This document shows positions 15,758 to 24,606 of a DNA stretch of 64,000 nt, in pieces. Position 1 is the stretch's first letter; every line of letters starts with the position of its first letter. The notes beneath the pieces are model-generated. The model was not told where the DNA came from and did no database searches. It was given only the letters and a program-made list of their open reading frames with translations. The position numbers and the translations under genes are program-made. The stretch is from the IMG/VR virus record IMGVR_UViG_3300020172_001601, positions 62,001-126,000 of that record. One strand, given 5' to 3'.

Positions 15758-15901
15758 GGACTTGTCGTTCGTCTAAAATACGCTTCGGCGTATCTCAGGA
15801 CGCCTGCACCGCCAATGCCGTTCGGCGGTTGATGATGTGATTGGTTGGGTTGGAATACTTCTCAAGCCAGGAAGCGCAAGCTGAACTTGCACGACAAGTC
15901 T
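15758..15901 (+). ncRNA. expanded tRNA-like RNA
   Basis: GACTTGTCGT/ACGACAAGTC terminal stem, D-like stem with UUCG hairpin insert, GCAAG-CTGAA-CTTGC arm. Confidence 0.5.
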
Positions 15902-15907
15902 CTTTAT

Positions 15908-15981
15908 GGTGATCGTAGTGTAGCGGCTCTGCACGTCTCCCTGTGAAGGAGAAAGTGGCGGTTCGACCCCGCTCGATCACC
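15908..15981 (+). tRNA. tRNA-His(GTG) with encoded G-1
   Basis: TCTCC-CTGTGAA-GGAGA. Confidence 0.9.
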
Positions 15982-16087
15982 CTTGATATTTTTCAAATTG
16001 GGTCACTCTTTTAAGTCGGCATTGATCGACTACGAGATTTGGATATACTCATCTCGTCCCAAACTTCATTCAGGAAAGAGAGAAATT

Positions 16088-16894
16088 ATGGACCCAAAAT
16101 ATACCGTTGGCCAAAAGGTGCTTTTCGCCAATCAAGAAGCCATCATTCGTAAGCTCGAAGAGAGCGACGGAAAATTCAAGTATTACTGCGAAGTGGGCGG
16201 CGTCCCACTGACCATGTGGATTCCTGAAGATTCCCTTGATGTTGGAAATCCATCCGGCCCGCCATCAGTGTTCTTCAATCGAAGAATGCCACACTTGTTG
16301 ATTGTGGATAACTTCTACAAAGACCCGGATGATGTGCGAGCCTTCGCCCTGGAGCAAGAGTTCAAGCCGAACTTGAGAAACTACAAGGGCGAAAGAACTG
16401 ATGAGCGATTCCTGTGGCCATTCCTCAAAGAAGAATTTGAGCGACTATTGGGCCGTCCGATTGTTGACTGGCTGAATCAGCCTTGCAACGGATGTTTCCA
16501 GATTACTGGTTTCAATGATCCGTTGGTGTGGCACTCCGACTTGCAGAGTTACGCCGCTGCTGTATATTTGACGCCAGATGCCCCGGTAAGTGCTGGGACT
16601 AGCTTCTGGAAAGATACAAATCACGGAAGCCGTCGTCCACCAAATCACCCGCTTGAGTTCGACCGATTTGCTTCAGATGAAGCACGAGCTTTGGCGGCGA
16701 ATGAGATTTACAGCGAATACAATATCCTTCACCCGGATAATTGGGAACTGGTCGATAAAGTTGGAGCCGTATATAACCGGCTTGCAATTTGGGATGCTCA
16801 AATGATCCACTCGGCAAGTTCCTACGAAGGCATGGTAAGTGGCGAGGCTGATAAGGCCCGACTTGTCCAATTGTTCTTCTTTACCGTAAGGTAA
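16088..16894 (+). CDS. 2OG-Fe(II) oxygenase-like (DUF6445-like) protein
   Basis: IVDNFY.DPD, HSD, YAAAVYLTP, GTSF, YNRL, H, RLVQLFF. Confidence 0.75.
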   Translation: MDPKYTVGQKVLFANQEAIIRKLEESDGKFKYYCEVGGVPLTMWIPEDSLDVGNPSGPPSVFFNRRMPHLLIVDNFYKDPDDVRAFALEQEFKPNLRNYKGERTDERFLWPFLKEEFERLLGRPIVDWLNQPCNGCFQITGFNDPLVWHSDLQSYAAAVYLTPDAPVSAGTSFWKDTNHGSRRPPNHPLEFDRFASDEARALAANEIYSEYNILHPDNWELVDKVGAVYNRLAIWDAQMIHSASSYEGMVSGEADKARLVQLFFFTVR

Positions 16895-16899
16895 ACAAA

Positions 16900-17181
16900 A
16901 TGGCTTTCCGGTTGAGCAAAAAAGTCTCTCTCGAAGAGGGCGACAGGATACGAGTTTCAGGTGGTCCATACTTCCTCGCTCAATCTGGAAAAAAGATCAG
17001 CATGGGTGAGCATGGGATTGGAACATTTGCTGGGGCAGAAGAAAATGGCGAAGCGATATACGTCAAGTTTGATCGCATGTCTGCTCCAAGATTTGTCTAT
17101 ATCGGGCCTGAGCGTTTGTCGGCATCAACTGGCACAACGCTCAGGCCCCATAAGATTGTCAAGCTGCGAAAGAAGGTGTGA
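16900..17181 (+). CDS. hypothetical protein
   Basis: ORF 93 aa. Confidence 0.55.
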   Translation: MAFRLSKKVSLEEGDRIRVSGGPYFLAQSGKKISMGEHGIGTFAGAEENGEAIYVKFDRMSAPRFVYIGPERLSASTGTTLRPHKIVKLRKKV

Positions 17182-17513
17182 CCATGTGGTATATTCTTGA
17201 TGAAAATAATGATCCAGTTCCAGCCGACACATTGGTTGCAGCCCAATTCCTGGAAGATGGCAAGCGACGAACTGTTGCTTACGACGACATGCCTGATGGC
17301 AGTTTGTTGTCCACGGTCTTCTTGTGTTTAGATCACGGCATGGGCCGGTCAGACGGTCCTGTGTTGTTTGAGTCGATGTGGTTTGGTGGTCCGCACGATG
17401 GCCATCAGCGTCGGTACAAAACTTGGGACGAAGCCAAAGAAGGTCATGCCGATATGCTGGAGGCATATATGGAATATCAAAGATATAATGCGGAACAATT
17501 GGCGAAGATGTAG
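17178..17513 (+). CDS. phage hypothetical protein
   Basis: STVFLCLDH...LFESMWFGG...RRYKTWDEAKEGH. Confidence 0.65.
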   Translation: MTMWYILDENNDPVPADTLVAAQFLEDGKRRTVAYDDMPDGSLLSTVFLCLDHGMGRSDGPVLFESMWFGGPHDGHQRRYKTWDEAKEGHADMLEAYMEYQRYNAEQLAKM

Positions 17514-17517
17514 TTAT

Positions 17518-17589
17518 GCGACTATGGTGTAGGGGTTGTCACGCTTGCTTGCCATGCAAGAGGACAGGGTTCGAGTCCCTGTAGTCGCT
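17518..17589 (+). tRNA. tRNA-Gly(GCC)
   Basis: CTTGC-TTGCCAT-GCAAG. Confidence 0.85.
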
Positions 17590-17600
17590 CTGGTTTTTAT

Positions 17601-17672
17601 GCGGGTGTAGCTCAGTGGTAGAGCGTCACGTTGCCAACGTGGATGTCGTGGGTTCAAGTCCCATCACCCGCT
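17601..17672 (+). tRNA. tRNA-Gly(GCC)
   Basis: canonical cloverleaf. Confidence 0.93.
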
Positions 17673-17676
17673 CTTT

Positions 17677-17747
17677 GCAGATATGATGTAGTGGTAGCCT
17701 TCGACTTTCCCAAAGTCGCTGTGTGAGTTCGATTCTCACTATCTGCT
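17677..17747 (+). tRNA. tRNA-Gly(CCC)
   Basis: CGACT-TTCCCAA-AGTCG. Confidence 0.75.
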
Positions 17748-17758
17748 CTGTTCGATAT

Positions 17759-17898
17759 GCGTCTTTAGTGTAACTGTTAGAGCCGACCGACCTGAAAGGC
17801 CACCGGGCAACCGAGTTCTTCAGGCACGACAAGCGATAACGGCTGAAGCACGTCGCCTCTGGAGGGCAAGAGACTAGGTGCGAATCCTAGAGGACGCT
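17759..17898 (+). ncRNA. tRNA-like RNA with ~65-nt D-loop insertion and abnormal anticodon arm
   Basis: GCGTCTT/AGGACGC; TAGTGTAAC...AGCACG; CTAGG-TGCGAAT-CCTAG. Confidence 0.65.
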
Positions 17899-17914
17899 CT
17901 TATAATGAAAGTAT

Positions 17915-17986
17915 GGCCCATTCGTCTAGCGGCTAGGACGTAACCCTCTCAAGGTTAAAACAGGAGTTCGATTCTCCTATGGGTCA
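17915..17986 (+). tRNA. tRNA-Glu(CTC)
   Basis: TAACC-CTCTCAA-GGTTA. Confidence 0.9.
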
Positions 17987-17998
17987 CTGTTAATGATT

Positions 17999-18123
17999 GC
18001 CGGGTTAGCTCAATGGTAGAGCGCCAAAAACTACTCTCAGCAATATTTGGGCTTCGGCCATGCTCGTTGGGAATACATTCCACTCGGAGGAGGAGGTCGT
18101 TGGTCCGATTCCAACACCCGGCA
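17999..18123 (+). ncRNA. tRNA/Y-RNA chimera
   Basis: tRNA acceptor, D and T arms with anticodon arm replaced by GCAATATTTGGGC-TTCG-GCCATGC...GGGAATACATT. Confidence 0.7.
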
Positions 18124-18125
18124 CT

Positions 18126-19022
18126 ATGATTTGCGTTTACTTAGTAAATGAAGAACCGGCTTATATTGGGATGTTGTCCCTCAGCCTTAAAATGCTGCGA
18201 CAGCATAACCCTAATGTGCCAGTTATTGTTTACTATGTCCAAGATGGCAAAAGGGATTCACGAAAAATCCCGCTCACTGAAATAACGAGAGCCTTGAATA
18301 AGTTGCCAAACGACTATGCGTCGTTCAGTAATCTCTGCGAAGAACTCAATGTCGAGATTAGAGTTCGCAAGCCAAAACAAGAAGAAGCATATTACTCTCT
18401 GCATCGTTTGCTGTTGCAGGAGATCGAAGAAGAGACAGTGCTTCTGTTAGATGGCGACACCTTTATCTTCGGCAATATTGAGGAATTTCCCAAGATATAT
18501 GCTGGATACGATTTTGTCGCCACACCGAATTCTTGGGGCATGGTTCATCCGGTTCCTGGTTTAGACCCCAGCTTCAAGTCGTTCAACTCCGGCGTGGTGT
18601 TATGTCAGAACGGCATATTCAAGCGTTGGATGAATACAATAGGCGATTACTGTCAGAGATTATATGACGGTCGCCATCCACAGTCAGAATGGTTGTGGAG
18701 TGTAAGTTTAGAGTGTGCTGGCCGAGAAGAGTTGGCGGCGAGTTTGTTTGTTTTAGACAACGGTTTGAAGTACAGATACTTCGAGGATCAGCATGTGCAA
18801 ATGGGGAGTTACGATGGCAACACCCGCATATTGCACACGCTAAGTCCTAGTTGGCATTCGTTGTATAACGAATGCTTCAAACCACAACGGCGAATGCTTT
18901 TTAAGCCACGCTTAAAAAATGATGCAGATGCCAGTCGTGAAGCAGATGATGATCTTGATTATCCACCAGAGGCCGATGGCAATACCGCCAACGCCCAGGC
19001 CGAACAACCAAGTTTTGAATGA
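18126..19022 (+). CDS. GT-A fold glycosyltransferase (GT8-like)
   Basis: LLLDGDT DxD motif, FNSGVV, ILH. Confidence 0.75.
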   Translation: MICVYLVNEEPAYIGMLSLSLKMLRQHNPNVPVIVYYVQDGKRDSRKIPLTEITRALNKLPNDYASFSNLCEELNVEIRVRKPKQEEAYYSLHRLLLQEIEEETVLLLDGDTFIFGNIEEFPKIYAGYDFVATPNSWGMVHPVPGLDPSFKSFNSGVVLCQNGIFKRWMNTIGDYCQRLYDGRHPQSEWLWSVSLECAGREELAASLFVLDNGLKYRYFEDQHVQMGSYDGNTRILHTLSPSWHSLYNECFKPQRRMLFKPRLKNDADASREADDDLDYPPEADGNTANAQAEQPSFE

Positions 19023-19055
19023 TTTAAGTTTAGAAATGAACTTGTCCTTGTCCAT
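18912..19055 (-). CDS. 47-aa membrane protein (not in ORF track)
   Basis: GGAGG RBS; MDKDKFISKLKSFKTWLFGLGVGGIAIGLWWIIKIIICFTTGICIIF*. Confidence 0.6.
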   Translation of the reverse strand: MDKDKFISKLKSFKTWLFGLGVGGIAIGLWWIIKIIICFTTGICIIF

Positions 19056-19106
19056 GTGTACCTCCTTGATACGATAAGGTATATATGCAACAATGATGAT
19101 GATTTT

Positions 19107-19182
19107 CAGGGTGTAGCTCAGTTTGGTAGAGCGCCTGGTTCGGGACCAGGAGGTTTCGGAGGTTCAAGTCCTCTCACCCTGA
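19107..19182 (+). tRNA. tRNA-Pro(CGG)
   Basis: CCTGG-TTCGGGA-CCAGG. Confidence 0.9.
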
Positions 19183-19184
19183 CT

Positions 19185-19290
19185 TGTAGAGACAAATGCT
19201 AGTTGGGTTTACATTGGATGCTAAGGCTCGGACCTAAAAGCTACCGCAAGGTGGCTGCAAAACAACTCAGCGCAATTTGTTGTCTCTATA
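19185..19290 (+). ncRNA. Y-RNA-like small RNA
   Basis: TGTAGAGACAAATGC...GGGTTTACATT...GCAATTTGTTGTCTCTATA. Confidence 0.65.
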
Positions 19291-19291
19291 T

Positions 19292-19366
19292 CAGGGTGTA
19301 GCTCAGTTTGGCTAGAGCGCCCGGTCTGGAACCGGGAGGCCGTAGGTTCAAGTCCTACTACCCTGA
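19292..19366 (+). tRNA. tRNA-Pro(TGG), C at position 33
   Basis: CCCGG-TCTGGAA-CCGGG. Confidence 0.8.
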
Positions 19367-19369
19367 CTT

Positions 19370-19500
19370 TTGTGACAAATGCTCGTTTGGGATTACATTT
19401 GGTTCGACTCCAAGGGGCGGCTCTTTCAAAAACATGCCGCCCAACCAGCACAGGGCAACCTGGGGCTGGGGTCCGATCTCAGCACAATTTGTTGTCACAA
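19370..19500 (+). ncRNA. Y-RNA-like RNA with T-loop
   Basis: TTGTGACAAATGC...GGGATTACATT-TGGTTCGACTCCA...GCACAATTTGTTGTCACAA. Confidence 0.65.
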
Positions 19501-19524
19501 AATACACTTAAAAGAAAGATTGCT

Positions 19525-19896
19525 ATGCCAGAAAAATACAATTCGGTACTTTGGAAGGACTTTCCAACACTCGTTAAAAACGAACTGGAAAGAGCTAGGA
19601 ATAAACACCCCGGCACTCAACATAACCTGCATGAAGGTTATGCGGTCATCCTTGAAGAAGTGGACGAATTTTGGGACATAGTAAAGAGCCAAAGGCCCGA
19701 TCCGGTTCACGCCATTGAGGAATTGGTTCAAATCGCCGCTATGTGCCAAAGGACAGCGGAAGACTTGCTGTTGCGGAAAGAAAAGCGATGCAGTCGTTGC
19801 AATGTCCTATTGTCAGAAAACATTGCTAAGTATTGTGGCGATAGTGAAGAGAAAGAATCTCACAGATGGATGTCTGTTCCAGACGAGAAGACTTAA
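19525..19896 (+). CDS. MazG-like all-alpha NTP pyrophosphatase
   Basis: HEGYAVILEEVDEFWD...EELVQIAAM. Confidence 0.7.
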   Translation: MPEKYNSVLWKDFPTLVKNELERARNKHPGTQHNLHEGYAVILEEVDEFWDIVKSQRPDPVHAIEELVQIAAMCQRTAEDLLLRKEKRCSRCNVLLSENIAKYCGDSEEKESHRWMSVPDEKT

Positions 19897-19898
19897 TT

Positions 19899-19973
19899 CA
19901 GGCTGTAGCTCAGTTTGGCTAGAGCGCTTGCATGGGGTGCAAGAGGTCGGAGGTTCAAGTCCTCTCAGCCTGA
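19899..19973 (+). tRNA. tRNA-Pro(GGG)
   Basis: CTTGC-ATGGGGT-GCAAG. Confidence 0.9.
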
Positions 19974-19998
19974 CTGAATTTCGTATTTTTTTTCTTAT

Positions 19999-20176
19999 TA
20001 CGAATGCGACCATCGAGGCAACAAGAAAGGTGATGTAAGTGCAATGCTTACACTTAGCAAAAATTCTATATTAGCTGAAATGCAAAAATGCGATGTAAGA
20101 TGTGTTCGTTGTCATCGTCTTAAAACAGCGAAAGAATTTGGCTATTACAAAATGATACTTGCTTCCTTGGTATAAC
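19999..20176 (+). pseudogene. 5'-truncated HNH endonuclease remnant
   Basis: ECDHRGNKKGDVSAM...AEMQKCDVRCVRCHRLKT without upstream start. Confidence 0.6.
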
Positions 20177-20231
20177 GGTATTACGCCGCCCTCGTAAAGC
20201 GGAAATGAGTGTTCAATTCACTCAGGAAGCT
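20161..20231 (+). tRNA. tRNA-Thr(CGT)
   Basis: loop CTCGTAA; GCTTCCT/AGGAAGC. Confidence 0.8.
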
Positions 20232-20240
20232 CTGATATAT

Positions 20241-20313
20241 GACAGCGAAGCCAAACGGCTCGGCGACAGTTTCATAAGCTGTTCATTAGTGGGTTCGACT
20301 CCCACCGCTGTCA
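20241..20313 (+). tRNA. tRNA CAT (Met or Ile2)
   Basis: ACAGT-TTCATAA-GCTGT. Confidence 0.8.
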
Positions 20314-20316
20314 CTT

Positions 20317-20415
20317 GGTTCAAATGCAGGCAGGATTACATTTATCGGGCGATGAGCCGAAAGGGTCGCTGGTTCGATTCCAGCCCCAGCAGCTTAGATA
20401 GATTATGTTGAAACC
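20317..20415 (+). ncRNA. Y-RNA-like RNA with T arm
   Basis: GGTTCAAATGC..GGATTACATT...GCTGG-TTCGATT-CCAGC...TGTTGAAACC. Confidence 0.55.
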
Positions 20416-20986
20416 CACACGTTTAATTTGGCAAGACTTGGTTAGTCGGATTGTTCAATTGGGACATGATCGAGATCAAGTTGTGCATGGCTCAATGCCT
20501 GAAAGTACACTGGCTCTTTTGTCAAATGTATTGACAGGGAATGGTTTGCAAATTGGTGGATTTGTTGGCGTGTCTCATTGTTATTTGGCGTGGGCCTTGC
20601 GAGACAAAGGCTCGATATGCACTGTGGACCCCAATTTGAAACATCGTGGTATTGAAAATCCTTTCTTGGTTGCGACCAGGATGGTTTCTGAGTTTGGATT
20701 ATTGAAAAACTCAATGCTGATATGTGGATATGGCCTAAAACAAATGCGGTTGTTTGCGATCTTGGGAGTGAAATTTGATTTCATCATTTTGGATGGCAAT
20801 CATGATTTTCAGATGGTGAATGATGAGATCGAGTGCGCCACACCGATATTGAAAGACGGTGGATATTTGGTCTTGGATGACATCGACCATTGGGACGGTC
20901 CAAAAAAGGTTTACAACAGCGGTCCAGCAGGGTATAATCGGATCGAACTGGATTCGAGGGCTGGACTTTTGCAGAAAATGGGGTAA
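20405..20986 (+). CDS. class I SAM-dependent methyltransferase (Methyltransf_24-like)
   Basis: FDFIILDGNHD...LKDGGYLVLDD. Confidence 0.8.
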   Translation: MLKPTRLIWQDLVSRIVQLGHDRDQVVHGSMPESTLALLSNVLTGNGLQIGGFVGVSHCYLAWALRDKGSICTVDPNLKHRGIENPFLVATRMVSEFGLLKNSMLICGYGLKQMRLFAILGVKFDFIILDGNHDFQMVNDEIECATPILKDGGYLVLDDIDHWDGPKKVYNSGPAGYNRIELDSRAGLLQKMG

Positions 20987-21062
20987 TTCGTCAGAGCATC
21001 CTTTGAGAAGTGAAAAGAGAGTCTGCTGTACTTTTGCAGCACTTTTTTCAAAGGAGATTCAG

Positions 21063-21419
21063 ATGAAGATTTACCAAGTTGGTCCAGACGTTCCTTACGA
21101 TTTGCCTGGGGAGGACAACCAGCAGTTCGAGTGGGTAGTGTTCTGGTATGAGGACGGTGGATACGATGGTTCGGGTGAAGCAGTTGGACTGTGCAAGGAT
21201 GACGGGCTGCTTTACATCAAGGACTTGGGACACTGTTTTTGCTACGGTCCAATGGACGGCGGGTTGGAATCCGGCGACAAGATGACCGTAGAGGATTTTT
21301 TGAAGCACAATGAAAGTGTACTTGCTTATGAACCCAAGGATGAAATCAAAAGCAAGGTAGCAGAACTACTTCAATGGAAGGCTCCGGTCTTCTTTGAAAA
21401 GTTTCACTTCCTTGGCTGA
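21063..21419 (+). CDS. hypothetical protein
   Basis: AGGAG RBS; GYDGSG...LGHCFCYGP. Confidence 0.65.
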   Translation: MKIYQVGPDVPYDLPGEDNQQFEWVVFWYEDGGYDGSGEAVGLCKDDGLLYIKDLGHCFCYGPMDGGLESGDKMTVEDFLKHNESVLAYEPKDEIKSKVAELLQWKAPVFFEKFHFLG

Positions 21420-21481
21420 AATGTGATCGTGAATCCTAAATATTGTGGACTGCTTCGGTGGTCCATATTGTTTAGGAAAAT

Positions 21482-21556
21482 CGGGGTGTAGCTCAGTTTG
21501 GCTAGAGCGCCTGCTTTGGGAGCAGGAAGTCGCAGGTTCGAGTCCTGTCACCCCGA
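21482..21556 (+). tRNA. tRNA-Pro(TGG)
   Basis: canonical cloverleaf. Confidence 0.93.
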
Positions 21557-21659
21557 CTTTCGCCTAAGACAACCAGTGCTGGTCTTGGATGACGTAAAAT
21601 GCTGAAATTCTGCGGGGACTGATAAGGAAAACTAAAGAAGCTGGTCGAGGCGATCTATC

Positions 21660-21929
21660 ATGAAATTCAAACGTCGCAAAACTGACAAGGGATTCCTGTA
21701 CATATTCTGGTGTCCAGGTTGTCGAGCAAACCACACATTTGATGTGCGGGATGGCGAATGGGAATTCGATGGTGATTGGGAAAATCCAACTTTCTCTCCA
21801 TCACTGAATCTCATTCCTCAAGGCGGTCGATGCCACTTGTTTGTCAAGAACGGCATCATTGAGTTCTTAGGTGATTGCAAACATCATTTGTGTGGGCAAC
21901 ATATTCCAATGGTGGAATTGCCTGAATAA
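21660..21929 (+). CDS. DUF6527-like Cys/His metal-binding protein
   Basis: FWCPGC..H..WEFDGD..PTFSPS..CHLFVKNG..DCKH. Confidence 0.65.
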   Translation: MKFKRRKTDKGFLYIFWCPGCRANHTFDVRDGEWEFDGDWENPTFSPSLNLIPQGGRCHLFVKNGIIEFLGDCKHHLCGQHIPMVELPE

Positions 21930-21930
21930 T

Positions 21931-22003
<73 letters not shown>

Positions 22004-22227
22004 CTACCTCTGGTTGTTTTACGACCGGAAGGCTGAATCAACAGTGTATCGGTCGTATTACGACTGATGGGGTTTCGGATCAGACCGGCTTTGGATTAAG
22101 CTAACCCGCAGGGCGTAGCCTCGTGCAACATCTGTCCCGGCAAAACCGTTCTTCGGGTGCCTAGCGAGGGCTGTAGTGAGTGTCAGTCACCCACCCTGGG
22201 GAATCAACGAGTTGTTCCGAATTTTAT

Positions 22228-22298
22228 GGTCGATTGGTGAAACGGTATCACGCTACTATGACACGGTAGACTCAGAGGTTCGACTCCTCTATCGACCA
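22228..22298 (+). tRNA. tRNA-Val(GAC)
   Basis: CTACT-ATGACAC-GGTAG. Confidence 0.85.
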
Positions 22299-22303
22299 CT
22301 ATC

Positions 22304-22642
22304 TTGAATACGACATGGCTACTCACAATTCCAGCATTCATCGTCTTCTGTGCCGGTGCTTATTGCACATATACTAAAGGCATCCGGGAGTCGTGGGTAT
22401 ATTTGCCTGCGTATATTGGCCTGTCTCTCATTTCTTCGTTTATTTGGGTTGTCGTCGCTCGCCGACTTGACACGACAAATAACCTTCTCTTGTTCTCTTT
22501 GGTTTGGGATGTATTGATGGTCTTGGCGTATTACGCCGGGCCTCTCATCTTCAAAGGCGAGAACCTAAGTTGGCAGGCATATGCTGCTGCCGCCCTCACT
22601 GTGACCGGCATATGTTGGTTCAAAATCGCCACGGGCGATTAG
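22304..22642 (+). CDS. small 4-TM membrane protein (DMT/SMR-like)
   Basis: four hydrophobic segments, 112 aa. Confidence 0.6.
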   Translation: MNTTWLLTIPAFIVFCAGAYCTYTKGIRESWVYLPAYIGLSLISSFIWVVVARRLDTTNNLLLFSLVWDVLMVLAYYAGPLIFKGENLSWQAYAAAALTVTGICWFKIATGD

Positions 22643-22953
22643 TTTGTAATTGTCACCATCAAAGGATTCTGGTATGAATACCGCTGACAAATGCGAAGCC
22701 ATCATTCGACGTATCGTTGAACTGGCGAATGCAGGGAAGCCTGTTACATTTGAAGAAGATTGGGGAGGCAATTCGTTGACCATTAACGTGGGATCAGGAC
22801 ATACCCATGTCGGTTACGATGATGCTCCATTTGATCTTCTTGTTGATAATCTTTACAACACGCTTCATGGTGGTCCAGGTTTGTCTTGGGCCGGTCCTGG
22901 CCCTGACGATGAAGTTGATCCAAGCCCCGGCCAATTAGTCTCGTAGGTGATAA

Positions 22954-23286
22954 ATGCTTCCTAGTGATATTGGTATTCAAAGAATGATCCGCAGGGAAGC
23001 GGCAAATGGAATGGCGGTAGCTGAGTTGGAATATCTCGGTCTATCTTTGCGAGTCATCAATACACTTGAAGAAAAGGTTGGCATTGTCTATATCAAGCAA
23101 TTGATCGAAAAATCAAAAGAAGACCTGCTCGATATTCGCCAACTCGGATCAGGCGCAGTCAAACAAATCATTGCAGCCTTGGAACGCTTTCCAGAGCTTG
23201 AAAGCGAGCGACAACGCTGGCACCAAGGCTCAGAAAGAACTGAGTATTACAAGACCCGAATCAATATCAGAGCCATTCTTGCGTGA
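22954..23286 (+). CDS. stand-alone RNA polymerase alpha-CTD domain protein
   Basis: LGLSLRVINTLE..GIVYIKQL..KEDLLDIRQLGSGAVKQI. Confidence 0.8.
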   Translation: MLPSDIGIQRMIRREAANGMAVAELEYLGLSLRVINTLEEKVGIVYIKQLIEKSKEDLLDIRQLGSGAVKQIIAALERFPELESERQRWHQGSERTEYYKTRINIRAILA

Positions 23287-23296
23287 AGGGTAAATC

Positions 23297-24124
23297 ATGG
23301 CAGTCAATCTTGGTCCCCTCGGTCCTTCTGGTCCTCCAGGTTTACTTGGTCCTGTTGGAGTTGATCCAACATGGTATCAACCTTGTCGTGGGGCCGAAGA
23401 TGGCGGCTATACAATTCGCATCTGCCCGCCATTGAAGGGCAGAAAGTTTTGCTTGCGAACTCGCAATCATCGAGTTGGCAGCAAGACGTTTCAATGTCAC
23501 AAAGAGGTCGTTGACAATAAATGGCAAGGCGAATGTGCCATTTGCGATCAATATAGCAAGTTGTGGAAAGAGTATTTGGGCGATGGCTTTGAAATGCTGT
23601 CTTCTACTCCTATGTCCAAGCCAAGATTCTTCCCAGGAAGTCTCGAAGACTTTAAGCGTGAACTCACCGCAATTAAACCCAACGAACGATATTACTTCAA
23701 CATTATTGTTCGTGACGAAGAAGAACGTGGCGTTGTTAAATGGTCCTGCGGCAAGACCATATACACCAAAATCCTTGAAGGCATTGTGGGAAACGAAAGC
23801 AACCCAAATGTGCCTCGGCTTGGTGATATAACCGATCCCAAAAAGGGATATGATCTGCATATCCGAAAGATTGCAAAGAATGGCGGTGGCTCTCACGGGT
23901 GGCCAGATTATTCTGCTTCTCAGTTCTTGCCATCTACGCCGCTGGGTAAACCTAAACAAATCAAATTGTGGTTATCGCAATTGCATGATTTGTCTGCGTT
24001 GCGTATATTGTCTTCTAAGGAGAGCATGGAATCTGCTCTCGAAGACGTGTTTGGGCATCTCGGTGCTGTGAACCCAAAACAAAAATATCGCTCTCTGACC
24101 GACCCATTTGAACCAGCGTGGTAA
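23297..24124 (+). CDS. T4 gp32-like single-stranded DNA-binding protein
   Basis: IRICPP, H/C/CAIC Zn site, RYYFNI, GKTIY, DPKKGYDL, PDYSAS. Confidence 0.75.
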   Translation: MAVNLGPLGPSGPPGLLGPVGVDPTWYQPCRGAEDGGYTIRICPPLKGRKFCLRTRNHRVGSKTFQCHKEVVDNKWQGECAICDQYSKLWKEYLGDGFEMLSSTPMSKPRFFPGSLEDFKRELTAIKPNERYYFNIIVRDEEERGVVKWSCGKTIYTKILEGIVGNESNPNVPRLGDITDPKKGYDLHIRKIAKNGGGSHGWPDYSASQFLPSTPLGKPKQIKLWLSQLHDLSALRILSSKESMESALEDVFGHLGAVNPKQKYRSLTDPFEPAW

Positions 24125-24134
24125 TAGATAACAT

Positions 24135-24548
24135 ATGCTCCCTAGCAAGCTAAAACTCTTTTTTGATGGGTCATGCGAGCCAAAAAACCCCGGTGGAATA
24201 GCTGGGTATGGATGGCGTCTAGTTGACATGGATGGCAACGAGGTCGGGACAGACCGTGGTGAGGTCTGCCGGGGTCCGGGAGCAACAAACAATATTGCAG
24301 AATGGGCAGGTGTAACGAATGGATTGCGTTACCTAAAAGAAAAAGAATGGCAAGGCACGCTGGAAATACTCGGCGACTCTCAGCTTGTCATTCGACAATT
24401 GCTTGGTGAATATAAGGTTCGCAAAGATACCTTAATCCCTTATCATCAAGAGTGCATGGGCCTACTGAAAGACCTTCAGTGGAAGGCAACGTGGATTCCA
24501 CGAGAACAAAATGAGGAATGTGACCGGCTTTCTAAGCACGGAGATTGA
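24135..24548 (+). CDS. rnhA: ribonuclease HI family protein
   Basis: FDGSCE..NPG, TNNIAEW, GDSQLVIRQ, WIPREQNEECD. Confidence 0.9.
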   Translation: MLPSKLKLFFDGSCEPKNPGGIAGYGWRLVDMDGNEVGTDRGEVCRGPGATNNIAEWAGVTNGLRYLKEKEWQGTLEILGDSQLVIRQLLGEYKVRKDTLIPYHQECMGLLKDLQWKATWIPREQNEECDRLSKHGD

Positions 24549-24606
24549 TCGAGGTATATCCTTCCCATATAATTGAACATTCCAGCTTCAAATATGGGAG
24601 ATCAAT

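Noticed and set aside
8325-17990. Short ORF-track ORFs over the tRNA/ncRNA array (e.g. 8618-8857, 12307-12656, 13560-13796)
   Set aside because: They overlap tRNA or tRNA-like genes and read as typical tRNA-antisense peptides
21560-21652. Hammerhead-like CTGATAAG..GAAA
   Set aside because: Required flanking stems could not be formed
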